A DNA stretch of 64,000 nucleotides from Thermoanaerobaculia bacterium (GTDB lineage: Bacteria > Acidobacteriota > Thermoanaerobaculia > Multivoradales > Multivoraceae), in assembly GCA_963666565.1 (NCBI GenBank), contig OY762911.1, forward strand, positions 1,088,001-1,152,000, written 5' to 3'. The position numbers and the translations under genes were made by a program. Below the pieces are notes generated by a model. That model worked only from the letters and a program-made list of their open reading frames with translations, made no database searches and was not told the DNA's origin. Below are positions 29,701-37,952 of the stretch, in pieces (within the stretch, counting starts at the first letter, position 1; each line of letters opens with the position of its first letter).

Positions 29701-30226
29701 CCGCCAGCAGGCCCTTGTTCTTCGTGTCGAAGCCCTCGGGAGCGCTGACGCCGGGCACCAGCAGGGTGAGCTGGACGAAGTTGCGGCCGTTGAGCGGCAG
29801 CTCGCGGATCTGCTCGCCGGTCATCAAGCCGGAGACTTCGCCGCTCATCGTCTCGACGGGGATGGCCTCGGCTTCGACGGTGATCGTCTCCGAGACGTCG
29901 CCGAGTTCCAGTTGGGCGTTGACCTCGCGGACGTCGGCGACGTTCAGCGCGATGTCGCTGATCACGGAGGCCTTGAATCCGTCCAGGGTGACCGTGACCT
30001 CGTACGCGCCGACCGGCAGGTCGCCGAAGGTGTAGATGCCGGAAGGGTTGGTGAACGTCGTCCGGTTGAGGCCGGTTTCCGTCCCTTCCAGGTTCACCGT
30101 GGCGCCGGGCAGGGCGTCTCCGCTCGGATCGGTGACGGTGCCCCGGATGCTGGCCGTGAACCGCTGCGCCGCGAGGGGCGCCGCCAGCAGGGAGAGGATG
30201 AGGATGAGAGCGAGTCTTCGTGCCAT
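26786..30226 (-). CDS. Oar-type TonB-dependent receptor with an N-terminal carboxypeptidase-regulatory-like domain
   Basis: SD AAGGAGG before ATG 30226; GTVTDPSG, LPLNGRNF, DAIEEFKI, NFAPRLG; C-terminal RQIQVGFKLLF. Confidence 0.9.
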   Translation of the reverse strand: MARRLALILILSLLAAPLAAQRFTASIRGTVTDPSGDALPGATVNLEGTETGLNRTTFTNPSGIYTFGDLPVGAYEVTVTLDGFKASVISDIALNVADVREVNAQLELGDVSETITVEAEAIPVETMSGEVSGLMTGEQIRELPLNGRNFVQLTLLVPGVSAPEGFDTKNKGLLAGVDLSISGSGTTGNMWTIDGANNNDVGSNRTILIYPSVDAIEEFKIHSNSYSAEFGGAAGGQINIVTRGGTNDFRGSAYTFMRDDSWNETNYFLKQAGLDTEPLDRQDYGFTLGGPIRQDKLHFFLSGEWNQEERGIARTGFVPTAAERAGDFNGPSIPGCTPAIPTDPTTGQPFPGNVIPSDRINAGGQGMLNLYPLPNVTPVAGSCNNWVEAVVTPIDWDQANLRLDYDATDRSRLMLRYTRDNWLNGAPNAGEANGLWGDDPYPAVDTNWDQPGHSLVAQLSQTIGDDSVNTVTFSYSGNEISLSRGGTNPGLNSQINAAIPAIFDGKTGGADRSHPVFWGAAGYGALWNIAPWENKQDLMVLKDDYSQVFGKHWLKVGALYSENKKKEYIGGSSASETPQFWGPSTGHNGWGANTGNILADFLLQDMTFGYAENSHQPTPELNWEDIEFYIADSWQVNPRLNLDYGVRYSNYKWPYASDDLLAAFDPSAFDPALGGDPCNGLLQVPGTDPCGDAGLLGGSTGPGRGLVDSDTDNFAPRLGLAYDIFGNGRSVVRAGFGQFFQRDRVNIQLEFAGNPPFRSSLNGIRKLDEAPQPCLDCGLGRPMTGIDPNFQTPYNLQFNVAWEQRLGRSSTIEIAYVGTRGRHITRRSDINQVASGDNNGNGIPDRLEYVTAPEGDGGAGVRGALRPYSVFGDGNILFWESNGISEYDGLQMQYVHRYGTGSQFQASYTLASFKANDPLNDAGAGSFAGQITDRENPDLDWGYAGLHRDHVFNANVLHNLPTLENQSAFVRALFGAWQFGGIVQYSSGQALTVRTGNLTGVNGAGGTGYTENMRPLLTGASCAGSGLQAINPDAFTLVGWQLGTLSNTRPGVCEGADFFQVDFSLTKNIRITDRVTGQFRFEVFNVTNRDNFVGINSVMNPSSVTYDSDVATDRRTITGYTLPANFGQAQAARDPRQIQVGFKLLF

Positions 30227-30255
30227 GGGCGTCGTGCCTCCTTCGGGTGAACCCG

Positions 30256-30338
30256 GGTAAACCGATTTAGCCGGCAGCCGCGTCGAAAGCCCGGCTCTCT
30301 CCCGCTGCAGACGGAAGCGGCGGCTAAATCGTTTTAGC
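30256..30338. promoter_or_regulatory. Two LacI-family operator sites
   Basis: GGTAAACCGATTTAGC (30256-30271) and GCTAAATCGTTTTAGC (30323-30338): 16-bp CG-centred palindromes between the divergent TonB receptor and LacI genes. Confidence 0.8.
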
Positions 30339-30447
30339 ATGCTAGTCTGCGACTGTACACGCCGCGCCGGATTTGTCAAGAGCGGGTGAAGCGGACCTTC
30401 GCTCGACCGTTCGGAGGCGGGCAAGCGTCGGGAGGAGCGACGGAGAG

Positions 30448-31536
30448 ATGAGTGCCGCCAAACCAGGAGAAGCCCGCGGCGGCGAGCCGAAGCCCGCGAA
30501 GCCCGTTCGGCTGAAGGACGTGGCGGCCCATCTCGGTCTCTCGCCGACGACGGTCTCCCTCGTGATGAACCGTTCGCCCGCGGCCCGGGGCATCCCCCCG
30601 GCGACCCAGGAGAGAGTCCGCGCCGCGGCGGCGGAGCTGGGCTACCGCCCCAACTTCATTGCGCGGTCGCTGCGCCGCCAGCGGAGTTTCGCCGTCGGCG
30701 TCCTGCTGCCGGAGATCAGCGAGGGCTACGCGGCCGGTGTGCTGGGCGGCATCGACGACGAGCTGCTCAAGGGAGGCTACTTCTACCTGGTCGCCGGCCA
30801 CCGCTCGGAGCCCCGGCTGTTCGACTCCTACCTCGAGTTCCTCACCGAACGCTCGGTGGAAGGGCTGATCCTGGTCAACACGCCGATCGAGGAGCCTCTC
30901 GCCCTGCCCACGGTCGCGGTTGCCGGCCACCGCGAGATGGCCGGCGTGACGAACGTCGCCATCCACCACCTGGACGCGGCGCGCCGGGCGCTCGGTCACC
31001 TGGCGGAACTGGGTCACCGGCGGGTCGCCTTCTTCAAGGGCCACGCCCACTCGGCGGATACCGAGTCGCGCTGGCGGGGGATCGTCGCGGCCGCTGGCGA
31101 GGCGGGGATCGAGATCGACCCGCGGCTCGTGGTCCAGCTATCCGGCGACCCGGCCGGCGAGGAGTTCTCGCCCGAGGAGGGTTACCGCGAGGGCCGTGCG
31201 TTCGGCCGGAAGCTGATCGACACCGGAGTTCCGTTCACCGCGCTCTTCGCCTTCAACGACGTTTCGGCGATCGGCGCGATGCGGGCGTTCGCGGAGAACG
31301 GCCTGCGCGTTCCGGAAGACGTCTCGGTCGTCGGTTTCGACGACATCGTCAGCGCGGCCTTCCAGAACCCCAGCCTGACCACCGTTCGCCAGCCGCTGCA
31401 CGAGATGGGCCAGACGGCGGCCTCCGCGTTGCTGCGCCGGCTGAGCAGGGCGGACGAGGCGCCGCCGGCCAGGATCACGATCGAGCCGACTCTCGTCGTC
31501 CGGGAATCGACCGGACCGGCGCCCGGCGATGACTGA
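30448..31536 (+). CDS. LacI family transcriptional regulator
   Basis: LKDVAAHLGLSPTTVSLVMN HTH, LGYRPN..ARSLR, VPEDVSVVGFDD, LTTVRQP. Confidence 0.95.
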   Translation: MSAAKPGEARGGEPKPAKPVRLKDVAAHLGLSPTTVSLVMNRSPAARGIPPATQERVRAAAAELGYRPNFIARSLRRQRSFAVGVLLPEISEGYAAGVLGGIDDELLKGGYFYLVAGHRSEPRLFDSYLEFLTERSVEGLILVNTPIEEPLALPTVAVAGHREMAGVTNVAIHHLDAARRALGHLAELGHRRVAFFKGHAHSADTESRWRGIVAAAGEAGIEIDPRLVVQLSGDPAGEEFSPEEGYREGRAFGRKLIDTGVPFTALFAFNDVSAIGAMRAFAENGLRVPEDVSVVGFDDIVSAAFQNPSLTTVRQPLHEMGQTAASALLRRLSRADEAPPARITIEPTLVVRESTGPAPGDD

Positions 31537-32779
31537 ACCCCGCGCCACGCCTGGCTGGTTGCCGCTCTACGCCGGGTTCCTGATCACCGGCGTGGTGACC
31601 GTGCTCCTCGGCCCGTTGCTGCCCGACCTGGCCGGCGAGTGGCGGCTGCCGGTCGAGGAGTTGCGGGCGCTCTTCGTCGTCCAGTTCCTCGCCAGCGCCG
31701 CCGGGTCCTTCGTGTCGAGCTACCGGCTCGGCCTCAGCCTGTCGCTCGGCTACCTGTCGATCGCGGTCGGCCTGGCGGCGCTGTCGCACGCGGGCTGGCC
31801 CGCGGCGCTGGCGCCGATGGCCGCCGTCGGCCTGGGGCTGGGGCTCGCGATTCCGGCGACGAATCTCCGCGTCGCCCACTCGCAGCCGGCGCGGCGGGGC
31901 GCGGCGCTCTCGTCGCTCAACATGGTCTGGGGCGCCGGCGCCGTCGCCTGCCCCCTGCTGTTCGCCTTCCGGCCGCCGGCGATGTCGAGCGACGCGGTGC
32001 TCCTGTTCCTGGCGGGCGCGGCGGGGCTCGTGCTGCTGTGTCTCGCATGGAACGTGCCGTCGACGACGCCGGCCTTCCGCTGGGTGCGCGGGTCTTCTGA
32101 CCCGCCCGCGGGCGGCGCCGCGGAGCGGCGCAGCCGGGACGACATGGCCGCCGGCCGGAGGCCGGCGACCGAGCCAACCGAGGCGCCGGGCGGCCGGCAG
32201 GGAGGCGTGCTGCCGGGGCTCCTCCTGATCGCCGCCATCCTGTTCCTCTACGTGGGCATCGAGAACTCGGTCGGCGGCTGGCTGGTCAGCCTCGCCGACG
32301 AGTTCCAGCCGGAGCGTTCGGCAACCTCGCTCTGGATCGGATCGGGCTTCTGGGCCGCGCTCCTGGCCAGCCGGGCGGCGGCGCCCCTGCTGCTGCGGCG
32401 CATCTCCGAGCCGGCGCTCTACGGCGCCGGAGTCGCGCTGGCGGCGCTGGGCCTCCTCGGCCTCCTGTCGAGCAGTTCCCAGGCCGGCGTGGCGGCCTCG
32501 GCCATCGCGGCCGGCGCCGGGCTGGCGCCCCTCTTCCCGCTGACCATCTCGTTCCTGGCCGAACTGACGGCGGCCACCCGTTCCCGCAACACCGGCTGGG
32601 TGTTCGCGCTCGCCGGCTCTGGCGGTGCCGCGCTGCCCTGGCTTACCGGGCGCCTGGCCGGCGGCGCCGACGGCCTGGCGGCCGGTTTCGTCGCGCCGAT
32701 CGGTGGACTCGTTCTCCTGGCCGCGCTCTTCGGCTGGCTGCGCCGCCTGCCGGCGCCGGCCCGACCACAAACTGCCTGA
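31529..32779 (+). CDS. MFS sugar permease (GlcP/FucP-like) with a repeat in the central loop
   Basis: About 12 hydrophobic segments; LGPLLP and LFLYVGIE..VGGW motifs. Confidence 0.8.
   Translation: MTEPRATPGWLPLYAGFLITGVVTVLLGPLLPDLAGEWRLPVEELRALFVVQFLASAAGSFVSSYRLGLSLSLGYLSIAVGLAALSHAGWPAALAPMAAVGLGLGLAIPATNLRVAHSQPARRGAALSSLNMVWGAGAVACPLLFAFRPPAMSSDAVLLFLAGAAGLVLLCLAWNVPSTTPAFRWVRGSSDPPAGGAAERRSRDDMAAGRRPATEPTEAPGGRQGGVLPGLLLIAAILFLYVGIENSVGGWLVSLADEFQPERSATSLWIGSGFWAALLASRAAAPLLLRRISEPALYGAGVALAALGLLGLLSSSSQAGVAASAIAAGAGLAPLFPLTISFLAELTAATRSRNTGWVFALAGSGGAALPWLTGRLAGGADGLAAGFVAPIGGLVLLAALFGWLRRLPAPARPQTA
32080..32169. repeat. 90-bp partial copy of the 142-bp element, in frame in the MFS gene
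   Basis: Reverse complement of the right part of 9795-9936; encodes [30 protein letters not shown]. Confidence 0.92.
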
Positions 32780-32800
32780 CGGCGAAAGTAGACTGACGCG

Positions 32801-34609
32801 ATGACCTCCACGAACCGGCGCCTTCCCGCGCTGCCGCGGCCCGGCCGCTTCGACCGCCACGTTCCCGCGCTGGCGGCCGGACTCGCGGCCCTGTCGCTGT
32901 CCCTGGTGCCCGTGTTCGCCCGGGCGCAGCCGCAGGACGCGCTTCCCCCCGCGTTCAGCGAGGTGGTCGACGTCCAGCTCGTCAACGTCGAGGTCTGGGT
33001 CAGCGACAACCGGGGCCGGCCCGTCACCGGCCTGAGCCTGGACGACTTCGAGGTCCGGGAGGACGGAGAGCCGGTCAGCGTGGAGTTCTTCAGCGAAGTG
33101 ACCGGCGCCGCGCCCGCCGGGACGCCCGCCCGCCCGGCCGCCGAGCCGGGCGACCGGACGCCGGCGCCGCCGCGGGAGGAGGCGCCGGGCGCGGGCCCGG
33201 CGGAACCGGCGCATCTCGTCCTCTACTTCGACGATCTCCATCTCGGCCCGGCCAGCCGCAAGCAGGCGATCGCGGATCTGCGGGCGTTCCTCGACGAGGA
33301 GAAGTTCCCGGCGGAGCGGGTCCTCATCTTCCGGCAGGACCGCGACCTGGTCACCGAGGCCTACTTCGGTTCCAGCCGCGAGGAACTGGACCGCACGCTC
33401 GAACGGATTGGCGCTTCGCCGGGCATGGGCGGCCAGTCGCAGCAGGCGAAGCGGCTCGCGGTGCAGAGGTTGAACCAGCTCTGGCAGGACGCGAAGGTGC
33501 TCGCCTCCTCGGGCAGCAGCCGGCGGAACTCGGCGCCGGCCCCCTGCGAGTGGTTCATGCGCCGCGCGCTGACCGAGGTCGAGAACTCGGCCCGCATCGG
33601 GCGCGACCGGATCGCCTCCACGCTGGATCACCTGACCACGGCCGCGCGCTTCCTGGCCGCGCTGCCCGGCGTCAAGACGCTGATCTACGTGAGCGACGCG
33701 CTCGAACGAACTCCGGGCACGGACCTGCAGGACTTCATCACCGGCCTGTGCCCCGCCGGCGATCGTTTCCGCTCCCAGGCGCCGGTCGAGGAACTGTCCA
33801 CGGGCTTTCACGAGCTGACGCGCCACGCCAACGCGAACCGCGTGACGATCTACTCGCTCCAGACGAGCGGCCTTCGCTCCTCGTTCCTGAGCGCCGCCGA
33901 GCAATCGTCCATCGACTTCCTGGGGGCGAATCCGTTCAACAGTTCGGTGCGCGAGGCCGAACGCGACGGCATGGCCGTGCTCGCCGACGAGACCGGCGGC
34001 CGCGCCATCTTCAACCGCAACCAGTTCGGCGACGAACTCGGCCGGATCGCGGGCGAGATGGCGAGCTACTACTCGCTCGCGTACCGCCCGCCCCATGGCG
34101 GCGACGGCGGCGAGCACCAGATCCGCGTTCGCGTCCAGGGCCGGAACCTGCAGGTTCGCCACCGCCGCGGCTACCGCGACAAGAGCGCCGACCAGCGGAT
34201 GGTCGAGCAGCTCGACGGCGCGCTCTATCTCGGCCTGGTCGAGAACCCGCTCGGCGTGCGGCTGGGCGCGGGCCGCGTTCGCGCCGCCGCCGGCGGCAAG
34301 CGGCGGCTGCCGCTCCACGTGATGGTGCCGGCGGCGCGGGTCGCCTTCCTGCCGGTCGAGGACAAGGAGATGGCGCAGATCAGGGTGCAGGTCGCCAGCC
34401 GCCACGCGGCGACTTCGCGGATCGTCCGGGACGACAAGACGTTCCTCGTCGAGGCGCCGCCGGACCGGGAGACGCGCCTTCTCGATCTCGTCTTCAACGT
34501 CGACATCCCGGAGGGCCTGAACATGGTCGCGGTAGGCGTCCGCGACGACGCCACGCGCGAGACCGCGTTCGTCTCGACCACGCTGTCCGTGGGCGAGGAC
34601 GAACGCTGA
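32801..34609 (+). CDS. Exported VWA-domain protein (acidobacterial VWFA-related type)
   Basis: Signal peptide; VNVEVWVSDNRGRPVTGLSLDDFEVREDG, LADETGG, YYSLAY, VRHRRGY. Confidence 0.8.
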   Translation: MTSTNRRLPALPRPGRFDRHVPALAAGLAALSLSLVPVFARAQPQDALPPAFSEVVDVQLVNVEVWVSDNRGRPVTGLSLDDFEVREDGEPVSVEFFSEVTGAAPAGTPARPAAEPGDRTPAPPREEAPGAGPAEPAHLVLYFDDLHLGPASRKQAIADLRAFLDEEKFPAERVLIFRQDRDLVTEAYFGSSREELDRTLERIGASPGMGGQSQQAKRLAVQRLNQLWQDAKVLASSGSSRRNSAPAPCEWFMRRALTEVENSARIGRDRIASTLDHLTTAARFLAALPGVKTLIYVSDALERTPGTDLQDFITGLCPAGDRFRSQAPVEELSTGFHELTRHANANRVTIYSLQTSGLRSSFLSAAEQSSIDFLGANPFNSSVREAERDGMAVLADETGGRAIFNRNQFGDELGRIAGEMASYYSLAYRPPHGGDGGEHQIRVRVQGRNLQVRHRRGYRDKSADQRMVEQLDGALYLGLVENPLGVRLGAGRVRAAAGGKRRLPLHVMVPAARVAFLPVEDKEMAQIRVQVASRHAATSRIVRDDKTFLVEAPPDRETRLLDLVFNVDIPEGLNMVAVGVRDDATRETAFVSTTLSVGEDER

Positions 34610-34620
34610 GGGCCGGCCCT

Positions 34621-36954
34621 GTGTCCGCGGGACTGTCGGTGCGCGGGTCGTCCGACCCGCTGCCGCTGGAGGCTGCCGCTGGGTGCGCGGGTCTTCTGAC
34701 CCGCTGCCGGCGGAGCCGGCCGGGAAGCGTGCCGGCCCGAGGCCGGCGCCAAGCAGGTGCCCTGGTCCTGCTCCTGGCCATCGGCCTGCCGGCGGCGATC
34801 CGGCCGCAGGAAGAACCGCCGCCCGACGCCGCCATGCAGCGGGCCCTGACCGAGGCCGAAGCCATGCTCCGCCGGGACGAACCGCAGGCCGCGGAGAGCT
34901 GGTACCGCGAGGCGCTGCTCGAGGGCTGGCTCCTGCTCGGCGACCTGCACCGCGCCGGCGGCGCCCCGGCCGAGGCCCGGACGGCCTACGAGCGGGCGCT
35001 CGTCTCGGCCCTCGAAGCCCGGCGCCCGCTGCTCGCCCTCGCCGAACTCGCGCTGGAACGCGGCGATCCCGAAGGCGCCGTCGAGCACCTGCTGCGCCTG
35101 CTCGCGCGAAGCTCGGGCGACGGCCGCGCCGTGCGCCTGCTCGCCCGGGCCTTCAACGCGACCGGCAGGCCGGAACTGGCGGTGCAGCAACTGGAGGGGG
35201 CCGTGGCGTCGATGCCCGAGGACGTCGAAACCCGGTTCGCGCTCGCCAGCGGCTACCTCCGCCTGGAGCGCCCGGAGGCCGCCGGGAAGCTCTTCCGGGA
35301 AGTGGCCGAGGAGCGCCCGATTCCGCAGACCTGGATTCTGATCGGCAGGACCTGGCGCGACTACGGGGAGTACGCCAGAGCCCGCGAGGCGCTCCAACGG
35401 GCCATCGAACAGGACCCGCGCGTGCCGCGCGCCCGCTTCTACCTCGGCACCGTGGAGCTCCTGGACCGGGGCCGGGGCGCCGTCGAAGAGGCCATCGAAC
35501 GCTTCAGGGAGGAGAGCCGCATCGCGCCCGAGGATCCGGTGAACTCCCTCTACCTGGGCATGGTGCAGGTCGATGCCCGGCGCTTCGAGGAGGCGCTGCC
35601 CTCGCTGGAACTCGCGGTGGAGTCGGAGTCCACCCGGCCCAACGCGCTGCATCACCTGGGCCGGGCGCTGCTCGGACTCGACCGGCCGCGGGAAGCGGCT
35701 GCCGCGCTCGAACGCGCCATCGGCCTGGCGGAAGGCGGCTACGCCGGCTCGTTCAACGCCAACCAGATGGAGAGCCTTCACTACCAGCTCGCCCTGGCGC
35801 TGCGCCGCGCCGGCGACGAGACGGGGGCGAAGCCCCACTTCGAGGCCGCCGAGCGGTTCTCGGTGGCCCTGGCCGAGAGTTCGCGGGACCGGATGTCGAA
35901 CTACCTGGACGGGCACGGCAAGGAACCGTCGGCCGGGGTCGTCGGCCTGTCCGTCTTCAGCGAGACGCCGGTGTCGGGCCTCGCTTCGGAGATTCGCGAG
36001 CAGCTTGAGCGAACGGTGCGAACGACGCTGGCCCGCGCCTCGTTCAATCTCGGCGTGATGGCGACCCAGACCCGGCGCTTCGTCCGGGCGGCCGACCACT
36101 TCGAGCAGGCGGCGACCCTCCATCCCGGCTTCCCCAGGGTCCACTACTCGCTGGGCGTGGCCCGCTTCAACGCGGGTCGGTTCGACCGGGCGACGGCGCC
36201 GCTGTCGAAGGCGCTGGAGGAGACGCCCGGCGACCCGGCGCTGCGGCGGATGCTCGCGCTGGCCTGGCTCAACGCCGAGGTCTACGACCGGGCGGCGGAA
36301 CTTCTGGCCGCCGACCCGGCCCGCGCCGGCGACCGTTCGCTCCAGTACGCCTACGGCCTCGCCCTGGTTCGCGGCGGCCGGACCGCCGAGGCGCAGCCGA
36401 TCTTCGACCGGCTGCTCGCCGAGCACGCCGACTGGCCCGAACTGAACGTGCTGCTCGGCCAGGCGGCGGCGCAGGAAGGCGACTTCGACGCGGCGGTGGA
36501 GCACCTGGAGCGGGCCATCGAGCTGCGCCCCGGCGTCGCCGAGGCGCAGGCCACGCTCGGCAACATCTATCTCCGCCAGGGGCGCCTTGCGGAGGCCGGC
36601 GCCGCGCTGCGCGCCGAACTGGCCGCGCATCCCGCCGACCACCGGTCGCGCTACGTCCTGGCGACGGTGCTCGAACTGGACAACCAGCCCCGGGAAGCGC
36701 TGCGCGAGGTGGAGCTGGTGCTCGCCGCGGAGCCCGACTTCGCCGACGCCCGCTACCTCCGCGGCAAGATCCTGCTCGAGGACGGCCGCGTCGAGGAGGC
36801 CGCCGCGCAGTTGCTGGCGGCCGCCGAACTGGCGCCGGAGGACCCGAACATCCGCAACCAGCTCGGTCAGGCCTACCAGAAGCTCGGCGACCGCGAGAAG
36901 GCGCGGGAGCAGTTCGAGATCTTCCAGAGACTCAAGGGGAGGTCGGACCGGTGA
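34621..36954 (+). CDS. Exported TPR-repeat protein; start uncertain, with two repeat units in the N-terminus
   Basis: Many helical TPR units (A.F.LG, Y.LA..L); GTG 34621 follows the VWA stop; hydrophobic segment ALVLLLAIGL. Confidence 0.8.
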   Translation: MSAGLSVRGSSDPLPLEAAAGCAGLLTRCRRSRPGSVPARGRRQAGALVLLLAIGLPAAIRPQEEPPPDAAMQRALTEAEAMLRRDEPQAAESWYREALLEGWLLLGDLHRAGGAPAEARTAYERALVSALEARRPLLALAELALERGDPEGAVEHLLRLLARSSGDGRAVRLLARAFNATGRPELAVQQLEGAVASMPEDVETRFALASGYLRLERPEAAGKLFREVAEERPIPQTWILIGRTWRDYGEYARAREALQRAIEQDPRVPRARFYLGTVELLDRGRGAVEEAIERFREESRIAPEDPVNSLYLGMVQVDARRFEEALPSLELAVESESTRPNALHHLGRALLGLDRPREAAAALERAIGLAEGGYAGSFNANQMESLHYQLALALRRAGDETGAKPHFEAAERFSVALAESSRDRMSNYLDGHGKEPSAGVVGLSVFSETPVSGLASEIREQLERTVRTTLARASFNLGVMATQTRRFVRAADHFEQAATLHPGFPRVHYSLGVARFNAGRFDRATAPLSKALEETPGDPALRRMLALAWLNAEVYDRAAELLAADPARAGDRSLQYAYGLALVRGGRTAEAQPIFDRLLAEHADWPELNVLLGQAAAQEGDFDAAVEHLERAIELRPGVAEAQATLGNIYLRQGRLAEAGAALRAELAAHPADHRSRYVLATVLELDNQPREALREVELVLAAEPDFADARYLRGKILLEDGRVEEAAAQLLAAAELAPEDPNIRNQLGQAYQKLGDREKAREQFEIFQRLKGRSDR
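34633..34721. repeat. Two direct tandem core palindromes at the TPR gene 5' end
   Basis: GGTGCGCGGGTCGTCCGACCCGC (34638) and CTGGGTGCGCGGGTCTTCTGACCCGC (34679). Confidence 0.9.
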
Positions 36955-37952
36955 ATAGCTGGGTGCGCGGGTCTGACATCCGACCGCCCGAAGACGGGCG
37001 CTCGGACTGTGACGCGGCTGGCGCGGGGACGCGCCACCCGGGTTCTGACCCGCTGCCGCCGAAGGCGGCCGGAAGACGCGCCGGCCGCAGGCCGGCTCCT
37101 CTTGCGGCGGCGCTGTTCTCCCTGCTGCTCCTGCCGGCCGCCCTCGTCGCCCAGCCCGCACCCGCAGCCGCGGAGTCGGTCCGCGGTTTGCTCGACCAGG
37201 CCCGCACGCTCGCCTCGCGCAACGAAGCCGCTGCGGCCGCCGAAGCGCTCGGTCGGGCCATCGCCCTGGCGCCCAACTCCGAGGACGTCCTGAACGCCTA
37301 CGCTCGCTTCTCGCTCGCCCAAGGCAACCCGATCCAGGCGACTCTGGCGCTCGAGCCGCTGGCGCGGATGCACCCCGGCGAGGCGGAGTACGCCTACCTG
37401 CTCGGCGTGGCCCGGATGCAGGTCGGCGAGATGGCAGAGGCCGCCGAGGCGCTCCACGAGGCGGCAGCCCTGGATCCGGGCCGCGCCCTTACCCACGTCG
37501 CCCTCGGCCTGGCCCTCAACCGGGTGGACCGCTTCGACGAGGCCCGCGAAGCACTTGCCGCCGCGCTGCGGCTGGCGCCCGATAACGTGGAGGCGCTCGC
37601 CGCAATGTCGGAGGCCGCCGAGGGCCTCGGCATGCTCGCCGAAGCCACCCGTCTGGCGGAGCGTGCCCTGGCGGTCAATCCCGATCACCCGACGGCGCTG
37701 GTCACGATCGGGACGGCCCGGTTGAAGGAGGGCCGCTTCGAGGAGGCCCGGGACGCGCTCGCGCGCGCGGTCGCCGCCGAAGCGGACTCGATCAAGGGCC
37801 ACTACCAGCTCAGCCTCGCCCTGGCCCGCCTCGGCGACCGCGAGGGGGCCGAGCGCCACCTGCAGCTTTCGCGGGAAGCTCAGGCCGCGATCGAAGAGCA
37901 CATCGAGCGCCTGCGCGCCCAGCCGCCACTCGGCTCGAGGGCCGAGCGATGA
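36951..37952 (+). CDS. Exported TPR-repeat protein with a repeat-derived N-terminus
   Basis: GTGA overlap with the upstream stop plus SD GGGGAGG; h-region LAAALFSLLLLPAALVA; TPR units. Confidence 0.85.
   Translation: MNSWVRGSDIRPPEDGRSDCDAAGAGTRHPGSDPLPPKAAGRRAGRRPAPLAAALFSLLLLPAALVAQPAPAAAESVRGLLDQARTLASRNEAAAAAEALGRAIALAPNSEDVLNAYARFSLAQGNPIQATLALEPLARMHPGEAEYAYLLGVARMQVGEMAEAAEALHEAAALDPGRALTHVALGLALNRVDRFDEAREALAAALRLAPDNVEALAAMSEAAEGLGMLAEATRLAERALAVNPDHPTALVTIGTARLKEGRFEEARDALARAVAAEADSIKGHYQLSLALARLGDREGAERHLQLSREAQAAIEEHIERLRAQPPLGSRAER
36959..37080. repeat. Core palindrome split by a 69-bp nested insert
   Basis: CTGGGTGCGCGGGTC (36959-36973), 69 bp, then TTCTGACCCGCTGCCGCCGAAGGCGGCC from 37043. 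Confidence 0.85.

Noticed and set aside
26156-30250. 1364-aa plus-strand ORF and other long antisense ORFs (23950-26802, 31475-34405, 34225-37161)
   Set aside because: Shadow ORFs opposite well-supported genes; expected at this GC content and without recognisable motifs.
33550-34620. 1134-aa version of the TPR protein
   Set aside because: The upstream part overlaps the VWA gene out of frame and reads as Arg/Pro-rich shadow sequence.
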